From Octopus bimaculoides (Eukaryota): a stretch of DNA of 36,634 nt. How positions within the stretch are numbered: position 1 is the first letter of the stretch; each line of letters opens with the position of its first letter. Shown here piece after piece: positions 1-10,360 of this stretch. The notes under the pieces are model-generated. The model was given only the letters and a program-made list of their open reading frames with translations. It was not told the origin of the DNA and did no database searches. The translations under genes were made by a program, and so were the position numbers. Where the stretch lies: assembly GCF_001194135.2 (NCBI RefSeq), contig NC_068987.1, positions 14,722,780-14,759,413 on the forward strand, read 5' to 3'.

Positions 1-41
<41 letters not shown>

Positions 42-70
42 GCATGTATGTGTGTGGTGTGTGTGTGTGT
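1..70. repeat. (TA)n/(TG)n compound microsatellite
   Basis: Direct reading; it abuts the SINE 3' half at 71-290. Confidence 0.95.
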
Positions 71-290
71 CTTTGTGCATGCGTTTGTCCCCCACCACTT
101 TACAACTGGTGTTGTTCTGTTTATGCCCCAGTAACTTAATGGTTCGACAAAAGTGAACCGATAAAATACGTACTAGACTTTAAAAAAAATGAGTTCCAGC
201 GTCGACTTGTTAGACTAAGATATTGAAGGCCGTGCCCCAGTATGGCCGCTGTCCAATGCCTGAAACAAATAACAGCTAAAAGATAAAAAG
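71..290 (+). mobile_element. 3' half of SINE family B
   Basis: tttgtcccccaccac...gtaacttaatggttcgacaaaag...gtgccccagtatggccgc...tgaaacaaat...aaaagataaaaag; homologous reverse-complement copies at 6915-7130, 16891-17065, 32210-32438 and 32567-32675. Confidence 0.75.
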
Positions 291-892
291 CGACATACAA
301 AAAAATAACAAAAAAGACACTCACGCAACAACCCACATACGCTCAGGCATACACACACACACACACACTTGCTTGTAGAGGCTTATGTATATGTGAACCT
401 GCACGTATGTATGCAGGAGTGACTACAATAAATTTTATTGCTAAGACATGAAATCTGTTCGCTGATATTTCCTTTACTATATAACACTTATTTCATCTGA
501 CAACCCAATTGTTATATGCGACTTCGAATACGTGAAAGTTATATTATCTTTCATGTTATTATTTTTAACACCTATATTATTTATACTTGTCATTCTTAGA
601 GCCTCCATAAAAATAGTTCTTTTCTTTTTTTGTATTCCTTAATTCTCTATTTCACTCAATGCATTTTATTCTTCTTACTAATATATATTTTACATATTCT
701 ACCGCAAAGAAAGAATCTTCTCTAGAGCTATTGATTTGAATGTTCAATACAGTATTCATTCTTTTCTCACATCCTTCTTTACTTTGCGAGACGTCTTTTA
801 TTAGTAAAGGTGTTATGACAAAAAATAGCTAAGATTTATTATGCTGCATTCAATTTGCACATAGCTTTCTCGCTTATGTCTTAATTATACGT

Positions 893-1060
893 ATGCGTAG
901 GCATGGCTGTATTAAGAAGTTCGCTTTGTAACCACGTGATATTGGTATCTCTCCAACTGCGCGGTACCTTAGATAAGTGTCTTTTTCTACAGCTCTGGGC
1001 CGACCGATGACTCGTGAGTGAATTTGGTAGATGAAAACTATGTGGAAACCCGCCGTGTAC
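893..1060 (+). mobile_element. 5' half of SINE family B (degenerate tRNA-like head plus CORE-like segment)
   Basis: ggcatggctgtattaagaag...ggtaccttagataagtgtc...gtgagtgaatttggtagatgaaaac; homologous to 3928-4020, 5568-5686, 9185-9340 and 17245-17407. The caccttgggcaagtgtc-type segment resembles the CORE domain of MIR-like SINEs. Confidence 0.65.
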
Positions 1061-1109
1061 ATATATATGCATGTGTGTGCGTATGTATGTGTATCCGTCT
1101 ACCGATCTA

Positions 1110-1160
<51 letters not shown>

Positions 1161-1368
1161 ATGGAAATTATTGTCGCATTGACTCTGTTAATAATGAGCT
1201 AGTCTTGCAAGCTATATAATATACATTACTCAGCTGTCCATGCAATTGTTTCTTCAGAACCTTTTTGGTGAAAGCAATACAAAGAAATAACCGGTCATCT
1301 TGCTTAAATACGAAGCGTTTAACAATGATCAGAATGGATGGCGTTTAAATTTAAAAGTTTATCAATAA

Positions 1369-1399
<31 letters not shown>

Positions 1400-1624
1400 G
1401 AACGAAGAAAAGAGAAAAAGAAAATGTGAATAAAATCTGATGTAGAGAACGAACAAAAATTCAGGCTTTGAACTTAAGAAAATCTTGCATAGTTTTGCTG
1501 TTCCGTTTATTCATTATATTTGTAATGTGCGTATTAGTTGGTTAACTTCGTTTTTTTTAAGACCTTAAATTTTTCAGATGCACGTATGCATGCGTGCATC
1601 ACTCTCTCTCTCTCTCTGTTATAT

Positions 1625-1672
<48 letters not shown>

Positions 1673-2204
1673 ATGGTGGCATACAATTTGCCTGAGTTTC
1701 TTAAAATAGATTCAATCACATGAATCCACTACATCTTTGGTGAGTGATAATCGCTTTAAAAAAAATACCGATAGATTTCTGTTCGTTTACAAATGCTGAT
1801 TGCGTGAAAATCGTTGCATGCAAGTATTTCGAAAGATTGATGTTGCTGAGCTTCTTAAAAATAAGCCCACAAACATATATAAATAAATATTGAACAAAGT
1901 CACATCGTAAAGCAGCCTCTGATCTTTTCTTTTAAAAAGACGTGTCATGATGCGAATAAAGCTGCAGTACGTAAGTGCAAAACAGTGGCCTACAACTTGG
2001 GGCATACACAATCTTGGTGATATACATGCATCGATACATACATACCTACATATATATACATACATACGCACGCAAACACACACACATACACACATATATA
2101 TGCATGTATATATATATGTGTGTGTGTGTGTGTAAATGTCAAACGATGAAATGAGTGCGCAATACCGCATTGGTGGATAAATAATTTCTTTATTTGTGAA
2201 TTAA

Positions 2205-2394
2205 GGCTATCGCTGGTTTCATGTTGAGAAAAGTAGGGAAATATCCTAGTGTCTTAACAATTTTTCAAGCCGATCACATGGAAAAATCGGTCTCCAAAAT
2301 GGGAACAAACAACTTTCGCCATGCGATCAGTTTGAAAATTGTTAAGACATTAGGATATTTTCCTACTTTTCTTAACATGAAACCAATGGTAGCT
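2205..2394. mobile_element. MITE with ~77-bp terminal inverted repeats, flanked by TTAA
   Basis: Arms 2205-2281 and 2319-2394 align with 10 substitutions and 1 indel; TTAA at 2201-2204 and 2395-2398. Confidence 0.8.
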
Positions 2395-2508
2395 TTAATT
2401 CACAAATAAAGAATACACGCACACACACATATATATATATACATATATAAATATATATAAATACATACATACATATATAAATATACATATATAAATATAT
2501 ATAAATAC

Positions 2509-2581
<73 letters not shown>

Positions 2582-2644
2582 CATATATCTATACAGTATA
2601 TATAGTATATATCCACATAAGCACTCACACACACAAATATTTTA

Positions 2645-2725
2645 ATTATAGAATAAGGCCAGTAATTTGAGGACTGCGGCAAGTCGATTACATTGACCCA
2701 AGAAATTAAGTGGCATTTTATTTTA
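2645..2725 (-). mobile_element. Degenerate 3' fragment of SINE family A
   Basis: Reverse complement contains gggtcaatgtaatcgacttgcc...aaattactggcctt, matching the 3' part of the copy at 16637-16855. Confidence 0.5.
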
Positions 2726-2815
2726 TACCAAGACAAAATAATGTACATGATAACTCTTCCAATCAGTTAAGATCAGAAGCCATGAGAGTCACTATCTGGT
2801 ACTGCATCAGGGCAT
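2726..2815 (-). repeat. Unclassified segment starting directly after (TAA)n (aatgccctgatgcagtacc...)
   Basis: Abuts the (TTA)n at 2816-2832. I recall this as a common octopus interspersed repeat, but there is no second copy in the window to confirm it. Confidence 0.35.
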
Positions 2816-2929
2816 TTATTATTATTATTATTCAGTAGTTTTATTTTTATAACGTGCTTTCACTTCACTACCGAGCGCAGCTCTGTGCGCCTTGGGTATG
2901 TGCTGTGGTTTGCTGTGGTGCTCTTATGT

Positions 2930-3139
2930 TTACTGTATTGAAAGTGTTTTGCGTAGAATGTGTGCAGTACCCAGTAGTGCAATTTTCTGTATGTTATATA
3001 TATTTGTAAGTCCTGGTGTTTTTGTTATGTATTTGTCTGAATATTTTTTTATTATACCTAAGGCACCTACTATGATAGGAATTGTTTCTGTTTTTAGATT
3101 CCACATTCGAGTTATCTCTATTTCCAGGTCTTTGTATTT
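2930..3139 (-). pseudogene. C-terminal restriction-like endonuclease remnant of the R4/Dong ORF
   Basis: Open frame KYKDLEIEI...LLGTAHILRKTLSIQ ending at the stop at 2930. Confidence 0.8.
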
Positions 3140-3666
3140 NNNNNNNNNNNNNNNNNNNNNNNNNNNNNNNNNNNNNNNNNNNNNNNNNNNNNNNNNNNNN
3201 NNNNNNNNNNNNNNNNNNNNNNNNNNNNNNNNNNNNNNNNNNNNNNNNNNNNNNNNNNNNNNNNNNNNNNNNNNNNNNNNNNNNNNNNNNNNNNNNNNNN
3301 NNNNNNNNNNNNNNNNNNNNNNNNNNNNNNNNNNNNNNNNNNNNNNNNNNNNNNNNNNNNNNNNNNNNNNNNNNNNNNNNNNNNNNNNNNNNNNNNNNNN
3401 NNNNNNNNNNNNNNNNNNNNNNNNNNNNNNNNNNNNNNNNNNNNNNNNNNNNNNNNNNNNNNNNNNNNNNNNNNNNNNNNNNNNNNNNNNNNNNNNNNNN
3501 NNNNNNNNNNNNNNNNNNNNNNNNNNNNNNNNNNNNNNNNNNNNNNNNNNNNNNNNNNNNNNNNNNNNNNNNNNNNNNNNNNNNNNNNNNNNNNNNNNNN
3601 NNNNNNNNNNNNNNNNNNNNNNNNNNNNNNNNNNNNNNNNNNNNNNNNNNNNNNNNNNNNNNNNNN

Positions 3667-3854
3667 TTAGCCCAGTATTTACCATGTAGGGGCTTTTCTT
3701 GCCATCGTTTTATCATGGTCCGTTGCTGTTCTAGTTTTAGTTTGGATTTCATTTGTTTTATAGCTTTTGTTGTTTCTTCTTCTTCTTCTTCGTATTTGTT
3801 AGGTAGATTGATTTCTTGTTTGTATTTGTCAGCTTCCTTAAATACTGAAAACAG

Positions 3855-3857
<3 letters not shown>
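3667..3857 (-). pseudogene. Upstream remnant of the R4/Dong ORF
   Basis: Open frame KLFSVFKEADKYKQEINLPNKYEEEEETTKAIKQMKSKLKLEQQRTMIKRWQEKPLHGKYWA; no start codon context, truncated at (TAA)n. Confidence 0.7.

Positions 3858-3920
<63 letters not shown>
3858..3920. repeat. (TTA)21 microsatellite
   Basis: Direct reading. Confidence 0.95.
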
Positions 3921-3927
3921 GTTTGTG

Positions 3928-4020
3928 ATAGGCACAGGAATGACTACATGGTCAAGAAGCTCATTTTGAGACCAAGTGGTTTCGTGTTCTGTCCTATGTT
4001 GCGGTACTTTGGGTAATACT
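3928..4020 (+). mobile_element. Degenerate head of SINE family B
   Basis: ataggcacaggaatgactacatggtcaagaagc...ggtactttgggtaatactc aligns to the other family B heads. Confidence 0.5.
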
Positions 4021-5515
4021 CGAACCAATACAGCCTAGTACTTGCGTGGCGCTACTAGGGCAAACAGGAGGTTTTACAAAATTATTTATGAGTCCTGATA
4101 TATTCTTGTTCGTTTTTGTTGTCGATGATGATATTCTTGCTGCTGTCGCTGTCGTTAGAGACGTGTCCCTCAAAGCATATGTTGATGATGATGATGATAA
4201 TGATGATGATGATGATAACGGCGATGGTGGTGACGAAGACGATGTTTTTAATGAAATGACTATTTCCATAGAAGATAACAACAACAACAAAAGTGGCAAA
4301 AAAAAAATAATAAAATAAATAAATGAAATGAAAATGGAATATCTAAAATTTTTGAAACAATTTTCTAAGAACATGCATTACAAGATACAACTAAAAAGAA
4401 TAAAAAAAGGAAAGAAAAGAAGATAGTATAAAAGAACGATGGAATATAATGAAATTCAATCGTGCCAAATAGAATGGAATGAAAGAGAATAGAAAAGAAA
4501 AGAATGGAATTATTAAAATATTTAGTTCTGCACATGTTTTCTTGCAAATGGCTTCCGTTAGTATTTTTATATTTTTTTGATGTGTCAATTTGAAAACGAG
4601 TTTATTAGATAAATGGATTTGAGATCTTACATAAACATCAATACGACGTTACGAAGACGCGCCAAGACATACTACATTTATTGATATATACACATATCTT
4701 ATGTGTGTGTTTATTTCCCACTCTCCCTCTCTCTCGCTCTGTTTCTGGCTGTCTCTCTTTCTCTATATATACATGCATGTNNNNNNNNNNNNNNNNNNNN
4801 NNNNNNNNNNNNNNNNNNNNNNNNNNNNNNNNNNNNNNNNNNNNNNNNNNNNNNNNNNNNNNNNNNNNNNNNNNNNNNNNNNNNNNNNNNNNNNNNNNNN
4901 NNNNNNNNNNNNNNNNNNNNNNNNNNNNNNNNNNNNNNNNNNNNNNNNNNNNNNNNNNNNNNNNNNNNNNNNNNNNNNNNNNNNNNNNNNNNNNNNNNNN
5001 NNNNNNNNNNNNNNNNNNNNNNNNNNNNNNNNNNNNNNNNNNNNNNNNNNNNNNNNNNNNNNNNNNNNNNNNNNNNNNNNNNNNNNNNNNNNNNNNNNNN
5101 NNNNNNNNNNNNNNNNNNNNNNNNNNNNNNNNNNNNNNNNNNNNNNNNNNNNNNNNNNNNNNNNNNNNNNNNNNNNNNNNNNNNNNNNNNNNNNNNNNNN
5201 NNNNNNNNNNNNNNNNNNNNNNNNNNNNNNNNNNNNNNNNNNNNNNNNNNNNNNNNNNNNNNNNNNNNNNNNNNNNNNNNNNNNNNNNNNNNNNNNNNNN
5301 NNNNNNNNNNNNNNNNNNNNNNNNNNNNNNNNNNNNNNNNNNNNNNNNNNNNNNNNNNNNNNNNNNNNNNNNNNNNNNNNNNNNNNNNNNNNNNNNNNNN
5401 NNNNNNNNNNNNNNNNNNNNNNNNNNNNNNNNNNNNNNNNNNNNNNNNNNNNNNNNNNNNNNNNNNNNNNNNNNNNNNNNNNNNNNNNNNNNNNNNNNNN
5501 NNNNNNNNNNNNATA

Positions 5516-5547
<32 letters not shown>

Positions 5548-5567
5548 CGCCTATATATATGAATATT

Positions 5568-5686
5568 GACTCACAAGGCGTTTGTCGGTTCAGAGCTATA
5601 CTAGAAGACAGTTGTACAAGATACCGTGCAGTAACAGTGAACCCAAAACTGCAAAGTGAACTTCTTAACCACCCATGTCCGTTCCT
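5568..5686 (-). mobile_element. Head of SINE family B
   Basis: ctcacaaggcgtttgtcggttcagagctatactagaagacag...cttcttaaccac aligns to 17279-17400. Confidence 0.6.
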
Positions 5687-6818
5687 ATATGTAACAAAAA
5701 ACCCCTCCAAAACAAGCAAAACAATGTATGTATTATTATTATACATGCATACATTCATATGCGTGTGTGTGCATATATATATATATATANNNNNNNNNNN
5801 NNNNNNNNNNNNNNNNNNNNNNNNNNNNNNNNNNNNNNNNNNNNNNNNNNNNNNNNNNNNNNNNNNNNNNNNNNNNNNNNNNNNNNNNNNNNNNNNNNNN
5901 NNNNNNNNNNNNNNNNNNNNNNNNNNNNNNNNNNNNNNNNNNNNNNNNNNNNNNNNNNNNNNNNNNNNNNNNNNNNNNNNNNNNNNNNNNNNNNNNNNNN
6001 NNNNNNNNNNNNNNNNNNNNNNNNNNNNNNNNNNNNNNNNNNNNNNNNNNNNNNNNNNNNNNNNNNNNNNNNNNNNNNNNNNNNNNNNNNNNNNNNNNNN
6101 NNNNNNNNNNNNNNNNNNNNNNNNNNNNNNNNNNNNNNNNNNNNNNNNNNNNNNNNNNNNNNNNNNNNNNTATATATATATATTTATATACATACAAATG
6201 CATCTGTGTGCGTATGTATATATACATAGATATATATATATATGTATGTGTGTGTGTGTGTGTGTGATTATACGAACATGAGCGTGTCTATATGTGTGAG
6301 AGTATATTTGAACTCATATCGCGTATTTATGTTACATACATGTGTTGGCGTTTGTGTTTAGGTGCAATAGTCTTGATTAAAGTGTTAGTATGCAGCATGT
6401 GTTCACGTCCGTATCACTAAATGCATCTCAAATTTCTAGACAAAATACACTTGCGCATATTAAACTATAGATTGTGCTAATAGCAGCCATAAATCTCTCA
6501 GGAATGAAATGAAACCAAGTAGTCATTCTAATCTATTAAAAAGAAACGACAAAATGTATTTTACGAGTCCATGAATTTAATGCTGAAATATGAGTCACGG
6601 CTCTCTCTTATGTAGTCACACTCTTCTGGCCTCTGTATCACTTCGCATCCCTATCCTTCTCCCCTTCTTTTTCTAACAATTTCTCTTTCTCACGTTTTCC
6701 CTCCCCCTCTTTTTCTCTTTTTTTCTATTTCCGTCACTCTCGCCGTAGTTCTGTATGCCGTCGTTACGATTTCAGTCCAAGCCGGCCAGCTCAACTAGAC
6801 CTAAGATAGATCTAAGAA

Positions 6819-6850
6819 GATAAAAAGCGTTCCACCCACGACCATCCTAT
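6819..6850 (-). repeat. Short fragment of an unclassified interspersed repeat, paralogous to 29566-29612
   Basis: Reverse complement ataggatggtcgtgggtggaacg versus ataggatggtcgcggatggaacg at 29566. Confidence 0.45.
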
Positions 6851-6914
6851 ATTGTGGCTCAGGAATTTTGTACCCAAAACTACATTATTTAACGTATCTT
6901 TTCCTTTTGAGATA

Positions 6915-7130
6915 TCTTTTATTTCTTTACGTTTTACCTGTTTCTCTTGTTGAACAGCGACTGTGCCGGGGCACCGCCTTGAAGGCTTTTAATCGATTAT
7001 GTAGACCCAGTAATTTATTTTAAAATCTAGGACTGATTCTATCAGCGTCTTTTGTCGAACAGCTAATGTTACAGGGACGTAAACAAACTGACACCGGTTG
7101 TCAAGCGGTGGGGGGTAAGGTGATAAGCAC
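6915..7130 (-). mobile_element. 3' half of SINE family B
   Basis: ttttacctgtttc...ccggggcaccgccttgaagg...gggacgtaaacaaactgacaccggttgtcaagcggtggggg, followed by a CA/CATA tract. Confidence 0.75.
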
Positions 7131-7253
7131 AAGCAGAAACTCACCCACAGACACGCACACGTACAAACGCACACGCTCATACACATACATACATCATACA
7201 TTCATACATACATACGTACATACATACATATATACATATACAAAATTACAATT

Positions 7254-7641
7254 AACAAGAGCACTCAGACAGAGCAAACCTCCGCCAAGGCAGCACCAAT
7301 GTCCTTTCAACGATTAGCCAGAGATGATTTTTAAAATGAGAATATCTGAAATAAACTCGACTGCTATCACAGACGACAATACTAAAAATGAACCCAAACG
7401 CTCTCAAACATTAAGTAAAAAAAAAAACAAAAAAAAAACAGGAAAAATAATCCAGAATCCTTGACCGGTACTGGATCGATTCCAAAATCTAATCAGTTCG
7501 TGCCAGTAACGAGGCGGAACATCCCTGAAAGTTTCAACCGAATTCATTCAGAGGTTCTTGAGATATCTTGTCCACGGGCAAACAAACAAGCAAACACGAC
7601 TGAAAACAATACCTCCGCCTTCGCTAAGGAGGAGGTAATAA
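7254..7641 (-). mobile_element. Non-autonomous Helentron-type element (HINE/DINE-1-like)
   Basis: Minus-strand 5' end ttattacctcc with a stem-loop (plus 7611-7636 acctccgcctt-cgct-aaggaggaggt), a (GTTT)n tract, a subterminal inverted repeat ggcggaggt near the 3' end (7278-7286), and 3' terminus gagtgctcttgtt. Confidence 0.7.
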
Positions 7642-7724
7642 ATAAATTATAAGTATTTTAAAATTGAGAGTTACTTTTCAATCACCCTGTATGTCTGAGA
7701 CCACGTGGTTCATACATTTTGTAG

Positions 7725-7913
7725 CTCATTTTCGAAACATTAGCATCTTTAGTTACATTTTTGAAAGCTAGAATGATGACAGGAGAGTGCTCGAAAAACT
7801 CAATGGAGAATCAATACCCACAGGATATTCATATTCGAGAGCTCCGTATTTCGATATTTTTGACGATATCAAAAATATACAAGGGCAAATTCTACGGCTC
7901 ACGCCCTGCAGAC
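7725..7913 (+). CDS. Candidate internal exon, product unknown
   Basis: ttttgtag acceptor at 7724 and GTAATG donor at 7914; 189 bp open in phase 0 (LIFETLASLV...GSRPAD). A second frame is open from 7772 (NDDRRVLEKLNGESIPTGYSYSRAPYFDIFDDIK...). No homology recognised. Confidence 0.25.
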
Positions 7914-8409
7914 GTAATGTATATATGCTTGTACATACATACATACATACATACATACATACACATATTTATTATATACATACATACATACATACATACA
8001 TACATGCACACATACATACATGCATACACACATACACATATTTAATATCTACATACACACATACATATACATACATCAATACATACATAAACACATGCAT
8101 ACACAATGCATACATACACACATACATAATACATACAAAATTATACGTACATATACATGTATATCTATGTAGTACTATATTGATTATTTAATCTTTGTTT
8201 ACAGTGAATGGACTATAATGGAAATTAGACAGACCAGTTTAACTCTTTCCTGCTGTGTATACGCTATAAATTGCTATATGCCAACATAATCCGTCTGTGG
8301 ACATAAAGAAAAAAATACTTTTCCGTGATGATGGCCTAACAAGATTAGAAGCTACTTAGGGTGATACCATACTCTATCTATAATTGGATAAAAACAGTTA
8401 CCTTTTTAT

Positions 8410-8505
8410 TTCTTATTTGTTTCAGACATTAAATTGCGGTCGTGCTGGAGCACCATCTTGAAGGGTTACGTCGAACAAATCGAACCCAATATTTATTTTT
8501 CTAAG
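8410..8505 (-). mobile_element. 3' terminal fragment of SINE family B
   Basis: tcttatttgtttcagacattaaattgcggtcgtgctggagcaccatcttgaagg. Confidence 0.6.
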
Positions 8506-8512
8506 TCTATTA

Positions 8513-8556
<44 letters not shown>

Positions 8557-9101
8557 ATATATGTGTGTATATATATATATATGGATGCTACTGTAGCTTG
8601 TAGCCCCAGGAGGACACCTCCTCCAGCTGGCTATTGATATATATATATATATATATATATAAGATGGATGCGGAAATAGCACAGAAATAAGTCTAAGACT
8701 TTTCACTTTAAGAGGGCATTTAATAAAACAATTATATAAAGAAAATATTACCGGTTTCGATGTATCTCATCTTATCAAATATCAGTAAAAAAAAAATTAT
8801 ATTTGAAGTAAAAACAGTTTATCTTCTTTCTGGGGGTTAAGAATATTTTTGGAGAATTTTCGTTGAAGTCTTCTTTAAATATAGATTGGTATAGAGTTCA
8901 AAGTGCAAGAGTATGAGAGAAGGGGTGTCTGCGGTCTAAAAAAATCTTTGTATGTCCCTGCCAAGGAGTGGCTAAAAAGCATTGATCGAATGGGATTCAT
9001 CTCCACCTGTGTGTGTGTCTATTGTGGAGAAAGTCCTTTCAATATGCCTTGAAAAATGACCAACTGTGAGTTAATGGGTGTATATGTTGTGAAGAATGTC
9101 T

Positions 9102-9139
<38 letters not shown>

Positions 9140-9184
9140 TATATATATAAACATACAGATACACACTCGTACACACTTATATAG

Positions 9185-9340
9185 AACAGGCTTTCACATA
9201 GTTTCTGTCAAACAAATTCCCTTACAAGGCATTGATCGGTCCAGGGTTAAAGTAAAAGACATGTGTCACTCATTAGGACTGAACCCGAAATCACGTGGTT
9301 GCAAAGCCAAATTTTTATCCACAAATCTATGCCTGCCCAT
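9185..9340 (-). mobile_element. Head of SINE family B
   Basis: aggctttcacatagtttctgtcaaacaaattcccttacaaggc...ggactgaacccgaaatcacgtggttgcaaagc. Confidence 0.6.
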
Positions 9341-9975
9341 GTGGTATAATTATTTTTACTTTTCACAGCAAGATTAAATTGATAAACTGCGTGTTTACTG
9401 AGCAGAAACCTCTTACACTTCATATTATTTTTCTACCACTAAATGTTGAAGTTAGCAATAGACTTCAACCAAATTATTATTGGTATTGTTATTTTGTTTC
9501 ACTAAAACTCTCTTAAAGCGTCGCTTGAAAGCGAATTGTTAATTTATATTGCTGCTACTACGAAGTCCACAACAGCTATTAAAGTGGAAACCAGCCTGTA
9601 GAGATTATAGTGAGTACTGCCTGGGTACAACAGAAATATTTACACAAACCAATAATGATAAAAATCGAGATTCTAAATTCACATTCGGCTCTTTATACAA
9701 AAGCAAATGTAATAATGCAATAATTGAAAAAAGAAACTCCTATGATGGTATCTTTCTAAATATTTTCCCAAACACTTAGACACACCCTATAACGCACATA
9801 TACTGTCATATACATACACATATACATACACATATACATACACCTACATACATACTTACGTATTTATGTACATACATACTGCATACGGTGATACAGGCAT
9901 AGATGCGTGCGTTAGTACAGGTATTCATAGGTAGGTACATACACACACATTTATGTTTGTGAGTATGAATGTATG

Positions 9976-10008
<33 letters not shown>

Positions 10009-10266
10009 TTGTATGTATACAAAGGAGATGTTCTCTATGTGGCTCGTGTGTTCTCGTCTACGTTTGTTTGCAATGTCCTGTACCCAGATATGCACCTATA
10101 CATACAGGTGGATGTCGGTATGCACATACCTGTACGTATATATGCATATACTCATTTACTATTTGTTTTTACATGATTGAACGCAGCATCTTCCAAATGT
10201 AAGTAGTTTTCGTAACTCATATCCTCCGACGCTACTCTATCTCTTTCTCTTTCCTTCCCCCCCCCC

Positions 10267-10360
10267 CTCGTTCTTCCTCTGTACTACTACGTATCTCGCT
10301 TTACCACTCTCGTTCTTCCTCTGTTACTACTACGTATCTCTTTTCCCCCCTCGTTTTTCC
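10267..10360. repeat. ~41-42-bp minisatellite running into an assembly gap
   Basis: ctcgttcttcctctg(t)tactactacgtatctc at 10267 and 10309; a third unit starts at 10350. Confidence 0.8.

Larger units (their letters stand above)
2833..3857 (-). mobile_element. 5'-truncated R4/Dong-clade non-LTR retrotransposon (RLE type), interrupted by an assembly gap
   Basis: Minus-strand peptides ...RWQEKPLHGKYWA (post-RT region) and KYKDLEIEITRMWNLKTETIPIIVGALG...IQKIALLGTAHILRKTLSIQ* (RLE C-terminus typical of R4); ~97-bp 3' UTR; (TAA)n on both flanks. Confidence 0.8.

Noticed and set aside
7650-7692. ttacttttcaatcaccctgta resembling a Tc1/mariner right end
   Set aside because: No partner TIR or transposase sequence nearby; too short to call.
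8205-8368. FRDDGL motif (8321-8338) resembling a Penelope-type RT YRDDGL, after a strong acceptor at 8204
   Set aside because: It is a single 6-aa match, the surrounding frame has several stops, and no other RT motif is clear.
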